In this document: one piece after another, positions 48,096 to 61,700 of the stretch
How the letters are laid out: each line of letters begins with the position of its first letter
How positions within the stretch are numbered: the first letter of the stretch is position 1
Assembly: GCA_964188305.1 (NCBI GenBank)
Contig: OZ076892.1
Strand: one strand, 5' to 3'
Origin: Podarcis bocagei
Lineage: Eukaryota
DNA: 64,000 nt
The notes under the pieces: generated by a model
What the model saw: the letters and a program-made list of their open reading frames with translations, nothing else
Databases searched by the model: none
Told to the model about the DNA's origin: nothing
Translations under genes and position numbers: made by a program

Positions 48096-48585
48096 CATAC
48101 CCTCCAACATTTCTCCAATGAAAATAGGGACGTCCCTTTCCATAATGATAATTTCACTATTTATACCTCACACATCTAACTGGGTTGACCCAGCCACTCT
48201 GGGCAGCTTCCAACATATATAAAAACATAATAAAACATTAAACATTTAAAAAACTTCCCTATACAGGATTTCCTTCAAATGGCTCAGGGGTCGGATAACT
48301 CCATACCAGGGGTCATCAACCTTTTTCAGCTGTGGGCCAGTCCACCGTCCCTCAGACCATGTGGTGGGCCAGACTATACTTTTTTTGGGGGGGGAATGAA
48401 TAAATTCCTATCCCCCACAAAATAACCCAGAAATGCATTTGAAATAAAAGCACACATTCTACTCATGTAAAAACATGCTGATTCCCAGACCGTCTGTGGG
48501 CTGGATTGAGAAGGTGATTGGGCCGCATCCAGCCCATGGGCCTTAGGTTGCCTACCCCTGCTCCATACCCTCCAAAATTTCTCTA
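48096..48585. mobile_element. Second (inverted) copy of the double-ended element, interrupted by a hAT MITE
   Basis: cataccctccaa at 48096 and 48564. The interior is the reverse complement of 40135-40330. Confidence 0.65.
48307..48560. mobile_element. hAT (Charlie-like) MITE
   Basis: CAGGGGT...ACCCCTG termini with a perfect 8-bp TSD CTCCATAC (48299-48306, 48561-48568). Confidence 0.9.
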
Positions 48586-51500
48586 TCACAAACTAAAAAT
48601 AGTGGGGAAATGAGAAGGCAAGAGTCCGGCCATTCCTCTGACCAAATTGCATGCAACCATCGCTTCTGCATCTCCTGGCTGGCTAGCTAGCTGCTTCTAA
48701 TGGAGAAGGACACTCAAAGCAAGAAAAGACGGGAACCATCAAACCATTTTGTGTTGCCTCACTAGTGGTTGACAGTTCTCCCTATGGTTGTTTAGCCCTC
48801 CCTCCCTCCCATGGTTACCAGACATTGTTGAACTCCAACACCCATCAGCCTCAGGCAGCATGTCAATGGCAGATGGGGTCAGCTGAGGGCAGACTGGGGC
48901 TAGTGGAGACCATGCCCCTCCTGCCCTAATGGACCAGTCTTGCCAGGACCGCATCCTGGTGCCACTGCCAAGAAAAGAGGCCACCACTTCCAGAGCAGGC
49001 CTTTTTACCCTTGCAAGAGCAATTCTTTGAGAGCGAAGTCTTGCTTTGATCCTGACTTCTTCCTGTTTGCTTTTAGCTGCATTTCAGTTTTGGCTCCTTT
49101 TATTCAAAGTGCTTGTTTGGCTCCAGAGATCGTGTGTCCCGGAGAAGTGGTGATAGATACGTTGGGTTTGCGTATTTGCCTTTCTGTTTAGCATTATTGG
49201 CTACAGTATGAGCATGGCTGTGAGGGGATCTTTGGCTTATGGTTGCTCTTTCTTTCCTCAACAGAGCTGGATTTTGACCAGTTATGCTGCAGGGTCCTTT
49301 TCAGGCATGAAGGGCTTCTTTGCAAACATGCAGAACACCAATCCAAGGCTACATGAAGTTCCAAAACAGAGCCGAAATGAATTTTATTTAAAACTCAAGC
49401 AAATTCTGAATGCTAACACTGTAATAACTTGAATTTATATCCTTCCATGTGGTTTTTTTTGCCAATCTCAGTTGTACATGCTGCTATGTTATGATTGTTT
49501 AAAACGACCGCAGCAGCAACAAAAAGTAAAGCGCTTAATTTAACAAGACCCTTAAATTTATGAAAGTGTTTTTTTTTAAAGCATCTCTTCAATTTCAAAT
49601 GTCAAAAGCCCAGCCTGCAAACGCCCAACATTTTAAAAAGTCAAAATTCAATTATTTTGCTGCTTAAAAAAAACACGCACATCATATATAATATCATCTA
49701 CGCTCCAGCACAGAGGTGCTGGACCATGTCCGCTGCAAGCTTGCCATTTAAGTGTGTGTCCTAATTTGACTTTATCCAGTTTCCCTCCTGCTCCATTTTC
49801 TTCTCTGCATGGGAACAGAGGAAGCTGCTTTCTACCGAGACAGGGCTCTTCCACACTTAACTTTTGCCCCATGCTTTCTAGGCACAGGTTTGCACTTTAT
49901 AGCACTGTGTCTGAGTGCTCCCTCCACCCCTTGCCGGCGATTTCCCCATGAAAACCCACTCTTTAAAGCTGAATCAGAACAAATAGCAATTTGGATTTCA
50001 TGCAGATTTCTGCTTGCTCCAATTCAGCTGGAAAGAGTGGGTTTTCACAGAGAAAGCACGGGGTGGTGGGCAGGGCAGGTGGAATTCAGTCTGGATGAGC
50101 CTTCAGACTATTGGTCCATCTAGCATAGTCTGCGCTGACTGGCAGCTGCTGTCCAGCATTTCAAGCAGGGAACATACTCAGCCCTACCCGGAGACTCCAG
50201 GGATTGAACCAATGCTCTACCACTGAGCTACGACCCTTCCCCATGTTCTTTCTCACACAGCTGCCCTCTTCTATGGCTAAGTAGCATCACAGAGCAATGA
50301 ACTATTCAGAGGAGAAGGTCACATTGCCTCCTGGTGCGTGATTGAAAAGCTCTGAGCGGTTTCTCGGGAATTGGAAGTAGTCCGCACCGAACTTGAAAAC
50401 CGCAGGAGATTTCCTTTTCATTGCTCCGTGCACGGCTGCTGCTTCGCATCCCGCAAAGATCATGGGAGTGAGGCTGGTCATTGGTCCCTGTGCCTGTCTG
50501 CGTGGCAGCTAACAGCAAGCGGCAAACTGCTAGAGGGTGCTGTGGGAGCTAAGTGTGGGTGTTTATTCTGAAAGAGAATCTCTCTCTCTATCTTCCCAGA
50601 GTCACTATATGGCTCCCAAGCAGGAGCCCGCCAACAAAACCCACACAAATAAAAAATAATTGTGTCACGGCACTGGGAATGCAAAGTCCCCAGGGGGTAA
50701 GTGCATCTCCAAGTGCTGCCTTTAAGGGCCGGAACATCGGGTCTCTTGGTACCAGGGATGCAGTGCAAAGCGCAAATTAGCTCCTTCCCTTCCACTAATT
50801 AAGCCTGCTGTCCTAGTCACTCCCACCTCTGCATTCGCTCTTCTGGTCCAGCCACCAGTGCCTACGCAGTCCTTCATGGAGCCGGCACTGGCTCCTCAGC
50901 TCTGCTGAGCCGAGCCTTAATTACTGCTGCCGCCTTGTTTTAATGAAGCTCCTTCGCAGAGCAAGACTGCAGCCTCCATCCCATTCGGCGCTGATGAATG
51001 CAGGGCAGGAATCTTCCCTCGCCCACAGAAGCATCATCCGTGGAATTGGGGGCAGGAGGTGTTGGAGATGTGTGTGTGTGTGTGTGTGTGTGCAGTTCTC
51101 CTTTCCTGCATCTCTCCCAGGTGCCTGGGCAGCTGTTCTCCACGCCTGCCGGTGCCAAAGTAAGCAGGGCGAATTTTTGCGTGTGTGCGGAACCTTTTGA
51201 AAGGGTGAAATGTCTAATATACAAGGCTTGTCTAAAAAAGGCAAAAATATGTGGGCTTAGGAGCTTGAGCCAGGCCAGGGGAGGCATTTTGATTGACGGC
51301 TCCCTCCTGACTCTGGCGGTGAGGGGATTTCAGGGCAGGGAAGATTCCAGGTGGCCTCACCGTTACCTTTCCATGTCTGCACTCCTGTCCTTACTTGCCC
51401 CTCTCCCCCGGCACTGGCCTCTTGCCTCACCTGCTCAGACAGGCCCCCAAGGCAGGAGCTAAAAATCGTGTTCACATGACTAAAAGCAATAAAATGAAAC

Positions 51501-51907
51501 AGAACCCAGAGTTTCTGTAACTGGCGAAAGTAGGCAGGGACAGAAAAGTACAGAGCATCACATGAACGTGGTGAAGCACATGCAGAATATTTCTCACACA
51601 AACATGATCCACAAAGCATTGAGGACCCGTTCCACATTATGAGCTGGTTCAGTTTATAATATTTTGGTTTATTAAGCCAAGATATGCACTGGGCATTTGT
51701 TTGAACATTAAGACCCTTCCCATCATTCCTTACGTTGCATAAGTCACAATTAAACTACGAAGCCTCTAATTAACCATAGTTTATTGATTAATCCGAACCA
51801 TGAAATTGTAGTTACCCGTTTTGGATCAAGCCTGGGCACTATACCAACTTCAAACCAATGTTTAAAAATCCTGGCTTGTTTTAAAGATATTAACCATAGT
51901 TTCTCTG

Positions 51908-52027
51908 GATTGGATCCAATGCTAGTCCTAAAGAGAGTTGGGCCATTGGAATTAAAGGACATGCCTAATTTAGGTCCATTAATTTTAGTGGGTCTACTCT
52001 GAGCATAATTTAGTTGGATGCAACACG
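51908..52027. mobile_element. Short palindromic MITE-like repeat
   Basis: ggatccaa...gggtctactctgag...ttggatgcaac. Partial relatives lie at 1-69 and ~30955-31020. Confidence 0.5.
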
Positions 52028-53739
52028 GATTATTCTGCTCTGGTGGACCTTTTGGGAGAAGCAATAAACTGAGCCTCTTCCAGAGAGGGGGGAGCAGGGC
52101 TCCACTTGCTGAACTATGGAAGATGTTGTTTCAGCAAAGAGCGGGAGCCATCTGAGGCTTTACGTAGGCTGGCAAGGCCTATACTATAGCTGGCCCCACC
52201 TACCTGAGGAGTTGGCTGTGCTAACTTAAAAGACCCTTTTCTGGGTGTTTCAGGCACAAACGTCTGCTCTGTGGAGTAAATGAGGATGCTATCTGTGGCC
52301 TGGCCTTCACGTCTGAGGAAGGTGGAAGACCTACATCCATATGCCAGCAGGGCACAGGGGGTGAGGAGCTGAGTCCCCTCCCCCTGTGTGGAACAGCCTG
52401 TTCTTCCTGCTCCCTTACATCGTCTTCAGGGTAGTGCAAGAGCCTGGCTTTGGGGACCTGACACACGGGTGTGGACAGAACAGCAAGTGTTTAATTAGAC
52501 GCTTCCTGGTTTAACTGCTGCTTGGAGCAAAAGGAGGAGAGAACGAGGTTTCATGTATGAACAAAAGGTTTGTGTATATCTCAGCATAATAAGCCAATAT
52601 ATGGTTGTCTGAATGCAGGCTATGCAAGTACCAGTAAAATACACACACAATGTGATCCATTTTCCTGAGTAGTTTCTACAGCCTCTGTGCTGTCCAAATC
52701 TTTATTTCCCAGGGTACAACCTACAGCGCCCCAGGTGACCAATCTTATTTAAAAAGTATAGTCCTAGAGTTTTCTTCCCCCATAGGCAGTCCCAGCGACA
52801 ATCCTCCCCTAGAAAACCTACCCCACCCTCAATTCCTGGCCTAGCCCCCGGGGACTACATGCTGGAAAGCCACTTTCCACGTGCAGATTGTGACAGAATC
52901 ATAAACTGGAACAGGCTTACTTGAAAGTCTGCTCCATCAAAATCAATAGGACTTGCTTTACAGAGACAATATGATTAGGGTGGGTGCTCAGGCACAATCC
53001 TGGGAAGACCTGGGGAGAGACTTAAGGCTCGTCCAGACTTCTGCTTGTCCTGTGCCTATAAGGCATGGGTCTGAGTGGTTTTCTGCTTGACTCATGCTTC
53101 CTAGGATCGGATTTGAGTGGGTTCCCCACTTGCCCTGCTCCTTTCCCATAGACATTTGCACATGATAGGTCAGGAAGTACTGCAAGATCACAGCCTGCTT
53201 GGGTTGAAGGTGGGTCCTGGATCAGGAAAGGGCAAAGGCTACTGCTTTAGCACATGCAGATCTGATGCAAATCTCCTGTCCCTTTTTTGTGATGTGTAAG
53301 TGGCCACCTCAAATGAAACAGCAGCTAACGTTATGTCAGACTGAAGAACTCATTTGTACAGATTTGGCCACCTTGGCTATTGCCGTGTGCTGTTTCAGCC
53401 AGCTGCTGACAACGCTTGAACTTCCTCCAGCTGTGGAACTGTGGGTTGGTACCCTGCGATGCTGAGAAGTATGGCTCATGTTACAGACACAGGGAGACCC
53501 ACCCATTAAGCTATGTTTCCCCCTCTCCCGTAAGTTCTTGTGATGAACACTGTTAACATGAGGGGGATACACGGGCGGCTATTTTTATTTTATTTTATTT
53601 CTGGCTCACATGTATGCGCATGAAATGATTCAGAGTGGCTTATGGCTAGTACGAAACATAATAATGCAAAATATTCAATCAATAAAACAGGCAAGAAAAA
53701 CCACCAAGCTAAAACAATAAAATATTAATTGATAATAAT

Positions 53740-54650
53740 GGAGTGATTAGTAGAAGCCAGCACAGATTTGTGGAGAATAAATCCTGCCAGACTAATCTTA
53801 TCTTTCTTTCTCACTCTCACTCTTCCCCCCACCCCTTTTCTAAATTGGGTTACTAGCTTAGGGGTTGTGAAAATGCTGTGGATGTAATTTATCTTGATTT
53901 CAGCAAAGCATCTGACAAAGTTCTCCATGATATTTTGCTTCATGGACTGGTTTAACATAAGCTAGATGGTGATGTCTTCAGGTGGCTGGGCAACTGGGTC
54001 GAATGGGTTGCTGTGAGTTTCTTTCGTGGGTCCAGTACTTTTATCATGACCTAAATGAAAAAGTAGAAGGAATTCTTAGCAAATCTGCAGCTGACATCCA
54101 GTTGGGAGGGTAGCTAGCACCACAACAGGAATACAGTTCAAAGTGGCCTCAATATAATGGAAAACTGGTTGGGGCAAAATGCATTTCAACAGAGACAAAT
54201 GCAAAGTTGGCAGAAAAATATGCATATGTTCAGGATAAAAAAAAATCTCTAGATGCTAGTCAATCACAAAGTGAACATAAGTCAGCAGCATGCTCCTGCT
54301 GCAAAGGAAACTAAGGCAATTTTAAGCTGCTCTTTAAAAAGGATATAGCGCTTTCAAGGCATGGGTCCAAGCGGTTTTCTGTGTGCCCTGCTGCTTTCTC
54401 TGGGAAAACTCGGTCTTTAGCGCTGAATCGGAGCAAACTTCAACCTGCGGAAAACCTGGATGATGCTTGCTCTGATTCAGCGCTGAAGAGCAGGTTTTCC
54501 TGGGGGAAAGCGGAGGAACGAGCAAAAGTCTGGATGAGCCCATAGTCAAACAAGAATGTGTCCAGAGGCAGGAAACAAAGATGGGTGAGGGCATTTGAAA
54601 GGTTGAAGGAACTGGGCATTTTTAGGCAAAAGAAGAAGAGATCAAGGTAG
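53740..54650 (+). mobile_element. CR1 reverse-transcriptase fragment (degenerate)
   Basis: SQHRFVENKSCQTNLI...NAVDVIYLDFSKASDKV motifs, then further degraded CR1 ORF2. Confidence 0.8.
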
Positions 54651-55782
54651 TTTCCAGTCAACCTGTTCCTTGAGCGTTCATCCCGATTTGTTTGCAGGGA
54701 GAGTAGAGGACGTGGCATCAAAGCAAGTGTTATTCTGTACTGCATTTCCCTGCCACTTTCCTTGTTGCAAAAAGTCTCATCTGATGTGTCTGCTTTCGTC
54801 TGCCTGTGTAAAGGGGACCTGTTGTGATATGTCTTTTTCTGCATCTGAACTGCACCTAATTTTGCTGCCTCACACTCCATTCCAGGGAATGAACAATCCC
54901 ATCTCCCTCCACAACACATAAAACATGCCGGTTGTGATGTTGAAGCCCACTGCCTCCTCCTTTCTTCTTTCCCAAGGCATACCCCACCCAAAGCATCTCA
55001 ACTAGGAACAGAGGAGAAGGCAGAATGTTCTCCCATAAATATATATAGTGTGTGTGTGCATCTCCCTTCATAAAATGTTATCCCAAGGCAGTTTACAGCA
55101 CAATTTTAAAAAACACGCAAACAACAATTACAACAATCAAACCTTTCATTTATTTACATTATTAAAACGCCACCCATAACATGTTTCCTGAACAGCATGT
55201 AATAATAAAAAATACAGTATACCCAGTCCTTTTTTTCTAAAAAATAATAATGTTGAGGGGTACTCTCATTTTCCTATTGATATTGAAATGCTGCCCCTCA
55301 ATGAGGCCAAAGTGAGATTCACAAAATGTTTAGGGGTATGCGTCCCCCTGTATCCCCCCCCCCCAGATAAAAGCACTGAATATATCTTTCTTAAAATAAA
55401 TAAATAAATCAGCAAACGAATAACATGGCCAAGTGGAAAATTTTCCTAGCAAACTGTTGCTTAAAACATGAAGCTTTAAAATGCCACATGGGGATAAGCA
55501 TTTAACTTGGTGCCTAAAGGATCCCAAAAAGAGGGCAGCAGGTGTGAGCTTTTGGGGGGTAGGGAAGGTGTCCTACAAAAAACAACAACGTCTCTTCATT
55601 GCTGCCCCCCAACCTTCTGATCTCTGATAGGAGATTCTCTCCAAGGAGGCCCTCCGTAGGAGATTTCATCATCAGAACTCAATGGAACTCAATGGAGTGG
55701 AGGCAGAACTCTGATTTCATCATCAGAACTTAAGAAGATTTCTGCTGGATCAGGCCAGTGGCCCATCTGGTCCATTCTTATT

Positions 55783-56201
55783 CAGTGCCAGATTTAGGTA
55801 TAAGCTAAACAAGCTATAGCTTAGGGCCCCAGGCCCCCCAAAAAAATTTAAAGGGGAAAAATGGATGTACATTTCCAAAATATAAGATAAAAAACAAATA
55901 AAATAAAACCTACATACAGCAACAGTGTGTTGTGTTGGCTCCTATGATGTAAGTAATGGCCTGTTCCCTAAAATATCACTGGTTAGCTCATTTTTATATA
56001 TAGGGTGCCTACATTGTGCATGGACTGGTTGCATGGCAGCATGGGCAAATGGATTTAGATACCTATTAGGTCCATAAATTACCATATAACATATATTCAA
56101 CACAAAAAACAGTGACTCTTTGTTGTTGACAAAGGACAGCTGGGCATATAAAGGGCCCCATTACCTTCAGTAGCTTAGGGCCTCACCTAAATCCAGCCCT
56201 G
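55783..56201. mobile_element. hAT-like non-autonomous element nested in CR1
   Basis: TIR-like cagtgccagatttagg / cctaaatccagccctg with subterminal agcttagggcc repeats. The CR1 sequence resumes after it. Confidence 0.7.
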
Positions 56202-58070
56202 CTTATAGTGGCCAACTGGATGCATATGGAAAGCCTCAAAGCAGGACCTGGGTGCAAGATCAACTCTGCCCATTCGTGATCCTCAGCAACTGGTATTCAG
56301 AGTAGAGGCAGAGCACAGCCATCACGGTTTGCAGCTGTCAAAAGCCCTCACTTCCATGCAGGCAATGTGATGCAGGAGCAGGCAGCCCTTAATGCACCCA
56401 TGTCCCAAGCATCCCAAGCAAGGGCTTCACCTTTTCTTGCTTGGAATAAGAGTAGACTACAAGTCTCAGGCACCCTGGTGGGAAAAGATGCTCTGCACAC
56501 CAGTTCCTGCTGCCCTTGGGGTCTCTCCTCTGTGGCAAATGGCGTCTTTCCCCAATGGGGTTCCTGAGATTTGCAGTTACAGCCTGAGTCCCCAGTGGGG
56601 GAAAAAAGATTCTCTCCACTGCTTTTCCCTTAGCCCCCCCTAAGGTAAATAGTTTTGCCTTAGGGGAGGTGAAGGGAGAGGAAGCAGGGATAGTGATCAT
56701 GGACACTCACAGATTTTCCAAGGGTTTGACTGGAACTCTAGCAAAGCCCCATTTGGGGGGCAGGTGGGATGATGGTTGCTCCCCAGAAGCAGTCCTAGCT
56801 TGGGTGCTTGTTCTCCCTGAAGGTGTGTTCTCCCTGATGAGGATTTGTGTGGGGGGTCTAGACAGTGTTTCCCAACTTGGTGCCCTCCAGATGTTCCAGA
56901 CTGCATTCCCTCCAGATGTTCCAGACTGTATTCCCTCCTCCCGTGACCAGCAACCATGCTGGCTGAGGCTCATGCAAGTGGTAGTCCGAGAACATCTAGA
57001 AGGCACCAGGCTGATGTAGTGCAGAGATGGGGAGCCTCCTGCTGTTTCTGGACTACAACTTCTCTTATCCCTGGCTATTGGCCATTCTGGCTGGGGCTGA
57101 TGGGAATTGTAGTTCATCAACATCACAAAGATTACAAGTTCCCCATCCCTGGTCCTAGTGGAAGCTAAATTTGATATAGAAGCCTTTTGGTGGTGTCAGC
57201 AGGAAAGTGGGAAGTAGCTGGTCCCCCCCCCCCAAAAAAAAACCCCCTTTTCATCTTGCCTTTCCATTCATCACATCATGTAGGGTGGCTCGGAGCAATT
57301 AAGTTCTGCAATATTGTTATGAAACAATAGTGTCGAGATTGAATGCAAGGGAGATAGGCAGGGCAGATGAAACATGAAAGGAAATGGGGTCAGATTGGTA
57401 CTAAAGTGTGCAAAAAAACCAAATCATCTGTTCACTTTAGGATTAATCAGAAACAGAAAGGTAGGCTGTGTTCTGCAGTATGGCTTGCAGAGTCAGTGAA
57501 GGGAGGGGCACGTAGCTCCCTCCTCTGCTTAATCTGAGCACTTCCTCTGTGTTGAAGGCAAAGGCAAAAACTGCCCAGATTGATGAGGGCACCAAGCACG
57601 ACTTGTCTGGCAAGTCATCCCGCACCTCCTCCTAAACTTTCCCTAGGCACCCCTCGGAAGGGCTGGCTCACTGTCAGATCCAGCCGCAGTTCTGAGTCCC
57701 TGTACAGCTCCCCTGTCTGCTGTCTGGGTGCACTGTCACAGCCATAATGCTTCCGTGTAGGGTTCTCGGCGTCTCACATTCCTTTCCAAAGAGGCAGTGG
57801 AGGTGCAGTGGGAGGGAAGAGGGTGATTTTTTGTGCAACTAACTGCCTCTGGCAGGTCCCCTCATGCATGAATCGCAGAGACATGGCAGCCTCTTCTGGC
57901 TGGGGGAAAGAGTAGCTGTAGCAATGTTTTTAGGTGGGTTTTTTTTTTAAGGGGCATTTTGTGCAGCTATGGGAGTGCCTGTTCCAAGCATTGGTGGAGA
58001 ACAAGCACTCAGTGTGACCTGTCTGGGCTGGCACAGTCACCAGCCTCTTTCTCAATCTATCTCACACTGC

Positions 58071-58396
58071 TAGTGTTGCCAATTCTCCAGGTCTGACTTT
58101 AAGTTTCCAAGTTTGCCTGGTCCCTAACAGGCGGCAGACAGAGGGTCTGAAGCTCCAGGTGGGCAAAAGTGCCTAACAACAGCAGCAGCAGCAGCAACAA
58201 CAACAACAGTGCATGCAGCTTGCAAGCTTCAGCCTGGCAAGAGCTGGCTGCAACTTATAACATTGACACTTGTGGGAGGGGTCTGCTCTCCTCCTCTCCT
58301 CTCTCCCAATTAACCTCCATCTCCATGGACCCCCTAGGTTTCATGTTTGGGCCCTGAAATTTCAGGGTCTGGGATGCTCCTGACCTGGCAACCATA
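58071..58396. mobile_element. Old hAT-like element (TAGTGTTGCCA...TGGCAACCATA)
   Basis: Inverted termini. The interior aligns by eye with 18363-18625 (gcttgcaagcttcagcc...gagctggctgcaa; ccctgaaat...tgggatgctcctgac). Confidence 0.55.
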
Positions 58397-58619
58397 CTAA
58401 CAGCAGGTTCCTTAGTTAAGAAGATGGGACAGGGCAGCATTTTGAGCTTGAAAACATGCTGGAGAGGAGTGGTGAGTGGTCGTTGAAGGAGAAAGCAAGC
58501 ACAAATTCTGAGCAGCCATCTGCTGGCAACGTTTTGCTACCTCTCTGCATTGTGGTCCATTTTTCTCTCCCTGCTGCTGCTTTGGCATTCCCATGTTTCT
58601 TATGCTGTTGCACTTAGGG

Positions 58620-58735
58620 GTTAAAGAAAGTAAGTTGTATGCTTATGCCACGATAAATCACTTGGCTTTTAAGGTGCCACAAGTGTTCGTGTTTGCTGAA
58701 AAAGGCTTAACACTAAGATAGTTACCCCTCTGGAA
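58620..58735 (+). mobile_element. Possible Penelope-like terminal fragment
   Basis: gcttatgcc...ataaat...taaggtgccacaag...taacac...ctctggaa resembles reptile Penelope-like ends. Heavily degraded. Confidence 0.45.
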
Positions 58736-61700
58736 ATTGTAAAAGGAGTATTTCACACAACCTGTTACCTTATTTTATCATCTTCAATTAGTGAGAAAGT
58801 GTTTAAGGTTCCGGGATTGTTGCTGATGTTGTTTTCTTTAAAGGCTTCCCCTTAAAGCTGAATTTTCACAGTGAAAACTGAATTCTGCAATTTTGAGATT
58901 CTAATTTTCAGCTCAGGGGCTGCTTCAGTTTGGAACCCTGGAGCACCTCTGTCTAGTGCATTACCCTCCAATGACATACCTGGGAGTTAGGGCAGTGCGG
59001 CAGTGGGAATGGGGTGGGCCAGATTCTTTGGTGGTGATTTCTTTTCCAGTATCAGGGATCACATCTAACACAGCACAACCTCTAATAAAGCCACCCAGCC
59101 CTTTCTTAGTGATTGCAGTGGGGTTGGAAATGAGCTTCTGCAAACTTCATTGTTCCCACTAGGGAATAACAAAAGCGGTTCTGGTTAAAGTATGGCGTTT
59201 CGGAGCAGCTTTTGAACCCAAGATAGCACATTCTAGAAAGTGAAGCAAACATGGCATGCGAATATAGCTATTGGACTCCCATCCTCCCTGAGTAACCATT
59301 GGCCATGCTGGCAGGGGCTGGTGGGAGTTGGAGTCCAAAGACTTCGGCAGGACCACAGGTTTTCCCCAATCCTGCAATAAGAGAATTGCAACCTAGGGAT
59401 CTAATCCTGGTTGGCTGGAGCCAGAGGCTGTATGCATGCAGCAAGGTGGCAAATGGCATCAGGAAAAGACTATAGGCCAGTGTTAGGCCATGCAGAAGAA
59501 AAAACCACCTCTCCCGGCCTGAGATTCTGCAGTCCCGGCCAGTCATTTTTGCACTAAGATGGACCAATACTCAGACCTGATTAAAAACAACTTCCTCTGT
59601 ATGATGCAGTGCTCTTCCTGGGTGCCCCAAAAGGAACATGATGTACCTTTGTTGCTGGCAAGAGCACCCAGGTGAGGACATTTGAGGATGTGCAGGGGGA
59701 ATCAGTGCCTGAAAGAAACCCTTCGATTCCCTAGCCGGGATTCTGTATTTTTCCTTCCCTCTGTCTCTTTCCAGGTGAGCCTGCTGGTTCTGAGCTGCAG
59801 GATGGAAGGGGTTAACAGCCAGACCCTACCTGCCACTGCATTTTAAAGATGCTGAGATGAAAGCCCATAATTTATTCTCCCCACACACGAAGGAGCAATT
59901 AGTTCTAAACACGGCTTAATCAGTCAGCGCGAGATTGATTTCTGTAGACTTGGATTTGGTGGCTGCTGGCAAGGTGCCAGCCTGCGAGCAATCTCCAAAT
60001 AAATGAAGTGCAGAGAAGTAAGCCATTACATAATATGATATATGGGGCCTGTAACTTGCTTGCCTGCTCATTAGTATGCCTCTGGACAGAGGCATGGCAC
60101 CAACTCTCTGCAGACTCCTCAGCCGTCCTGTCATCAGGCAATATTGGAAATGTGCTCCCATCCCCATGTCTGATGCAGGTGCTTGTGTGACAGATTCAGC
60201 CCTGGCCCCAGCAGATCACCTCCTCAGCTCCAGACTAAAGGAGCAGTCAGCTCACCTCTCCTTACAGAACCAGCCTCTGCTGAGGCTGGAATCCGTCAGC
60301 CTGGGAGTTCCACAGAGAGCTAAATCAGGCACCAGTTACGCTCATTTCTCCAATTCCAGTTGTCAGCCTACTTTGGCCTCTGGATGATTTCCCTCTGCAT
60401 ATTCTCCAGCTGCACTACATGAGCACATGATTTGGCATGCAGAGAAGCCCAGTTTTTGTTTGGAAGCATGCATGTTTCTAGTCCTTAAGGAGGTAAAGAT
60501 GAAAGTGTGCGAGGAGGAACAACTGCTGCAATCGCAGAATCCAGGGCGAGGCTGAACGGGAAGTTATTTCAGGAGTCAGGGACCGAGGCTCCAAAATTGT
60601 TCATAGTTCCTTGCCTGCCGCTGCAATTAGGGGAAAATGAATAAATTATGCAAACTAAGCAGATGCATGTAAATTATTTTGCATAATTCATAAAGGCTCC
60701 AGATTTGGAATGTATGTTTAAAGTACAGGGTATACACAGTGTTTCCTATCTCTTATTTGACGTGAAGCATTCCCATTTTGCAGATTTAGGAAACTGAGAC
60801 AAGAGGTGTGCTTCATACCAAAGACACCTGATAAGTTGGGGGTGTAGCTACTCATATTTGTGCCCCACCTTTTCTAAAAGAAGGGCAGGGCAGGAAATAA
60901 GGACTATTTAATTTTATCTTCATATGGACCCTTTGAGATTGATTAGTCTGAGAGACAGAGATGGATTATTTCACCATAAGGGTCTGCCTGGACAGATTTG
61001 GGGAGCTAGCTGTAGTTTATTGAGGTTGCTACGAGATGTTAGGACTCACGACCCCTATTCCCCTCCCACTCTGAGAACTATAAGCCACTCTGAGAACTAT
61101 AGCTTGTGTGTGTGTAGGATAATAACTCTCAGCACCCTTAACAAACTACACTTCCCAGAATTCTTTGGCAGAAGCTGTGACTGCTTAAAGCGGCTTCATA
61201 GTGCTTTAAATGTATGGCATGAATGTGGCCTAAGTTGGACACAATCCAAAATATACAATAATTCAACAATTGTTTTTATTTTTAGTGGAACCGAGGTGTT
61301 TGTGTATGTTTGCTTCTCTTTGAGGTCAAGGAGCAAGATAAGGAATTAGACAAAATCCATGAGGATAAGCTTGATGGTCAAGATTTTCAGGGGGGAAAAC
61401 CCTCCTGGTCCTTCCCCCCCTCTCATCTTGTTGCCCAGTTGCTTGAAGAAGGCAAGTGAACTGGTGGCAGGGAGCAAGGAGCACCAGCCATGGGGCTAGG
61501 ATGTTCCAGGAATTGGCAGCGGGCCTCCTACTGGTCACCAGCCTCAGCAGGTGCCAATATTTGATGCTGGCACCATCCACTGCCCTATGCACGACGGAGG
61601 TCTCTCCCATCTCCTTGCTGCTTGCACCAGCAGCTGGGCATGAGAGGCTGAATCCAATTGCCACCCATGCCCTTTGGACCACAACGGGCATGCAGTCTGC

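Noticed and set aside
58620-58650. Hammerhead ribozyme expected in Penelope-like ends
   Set aside because: The CTGATGA and GAAA core elements are not intact here.
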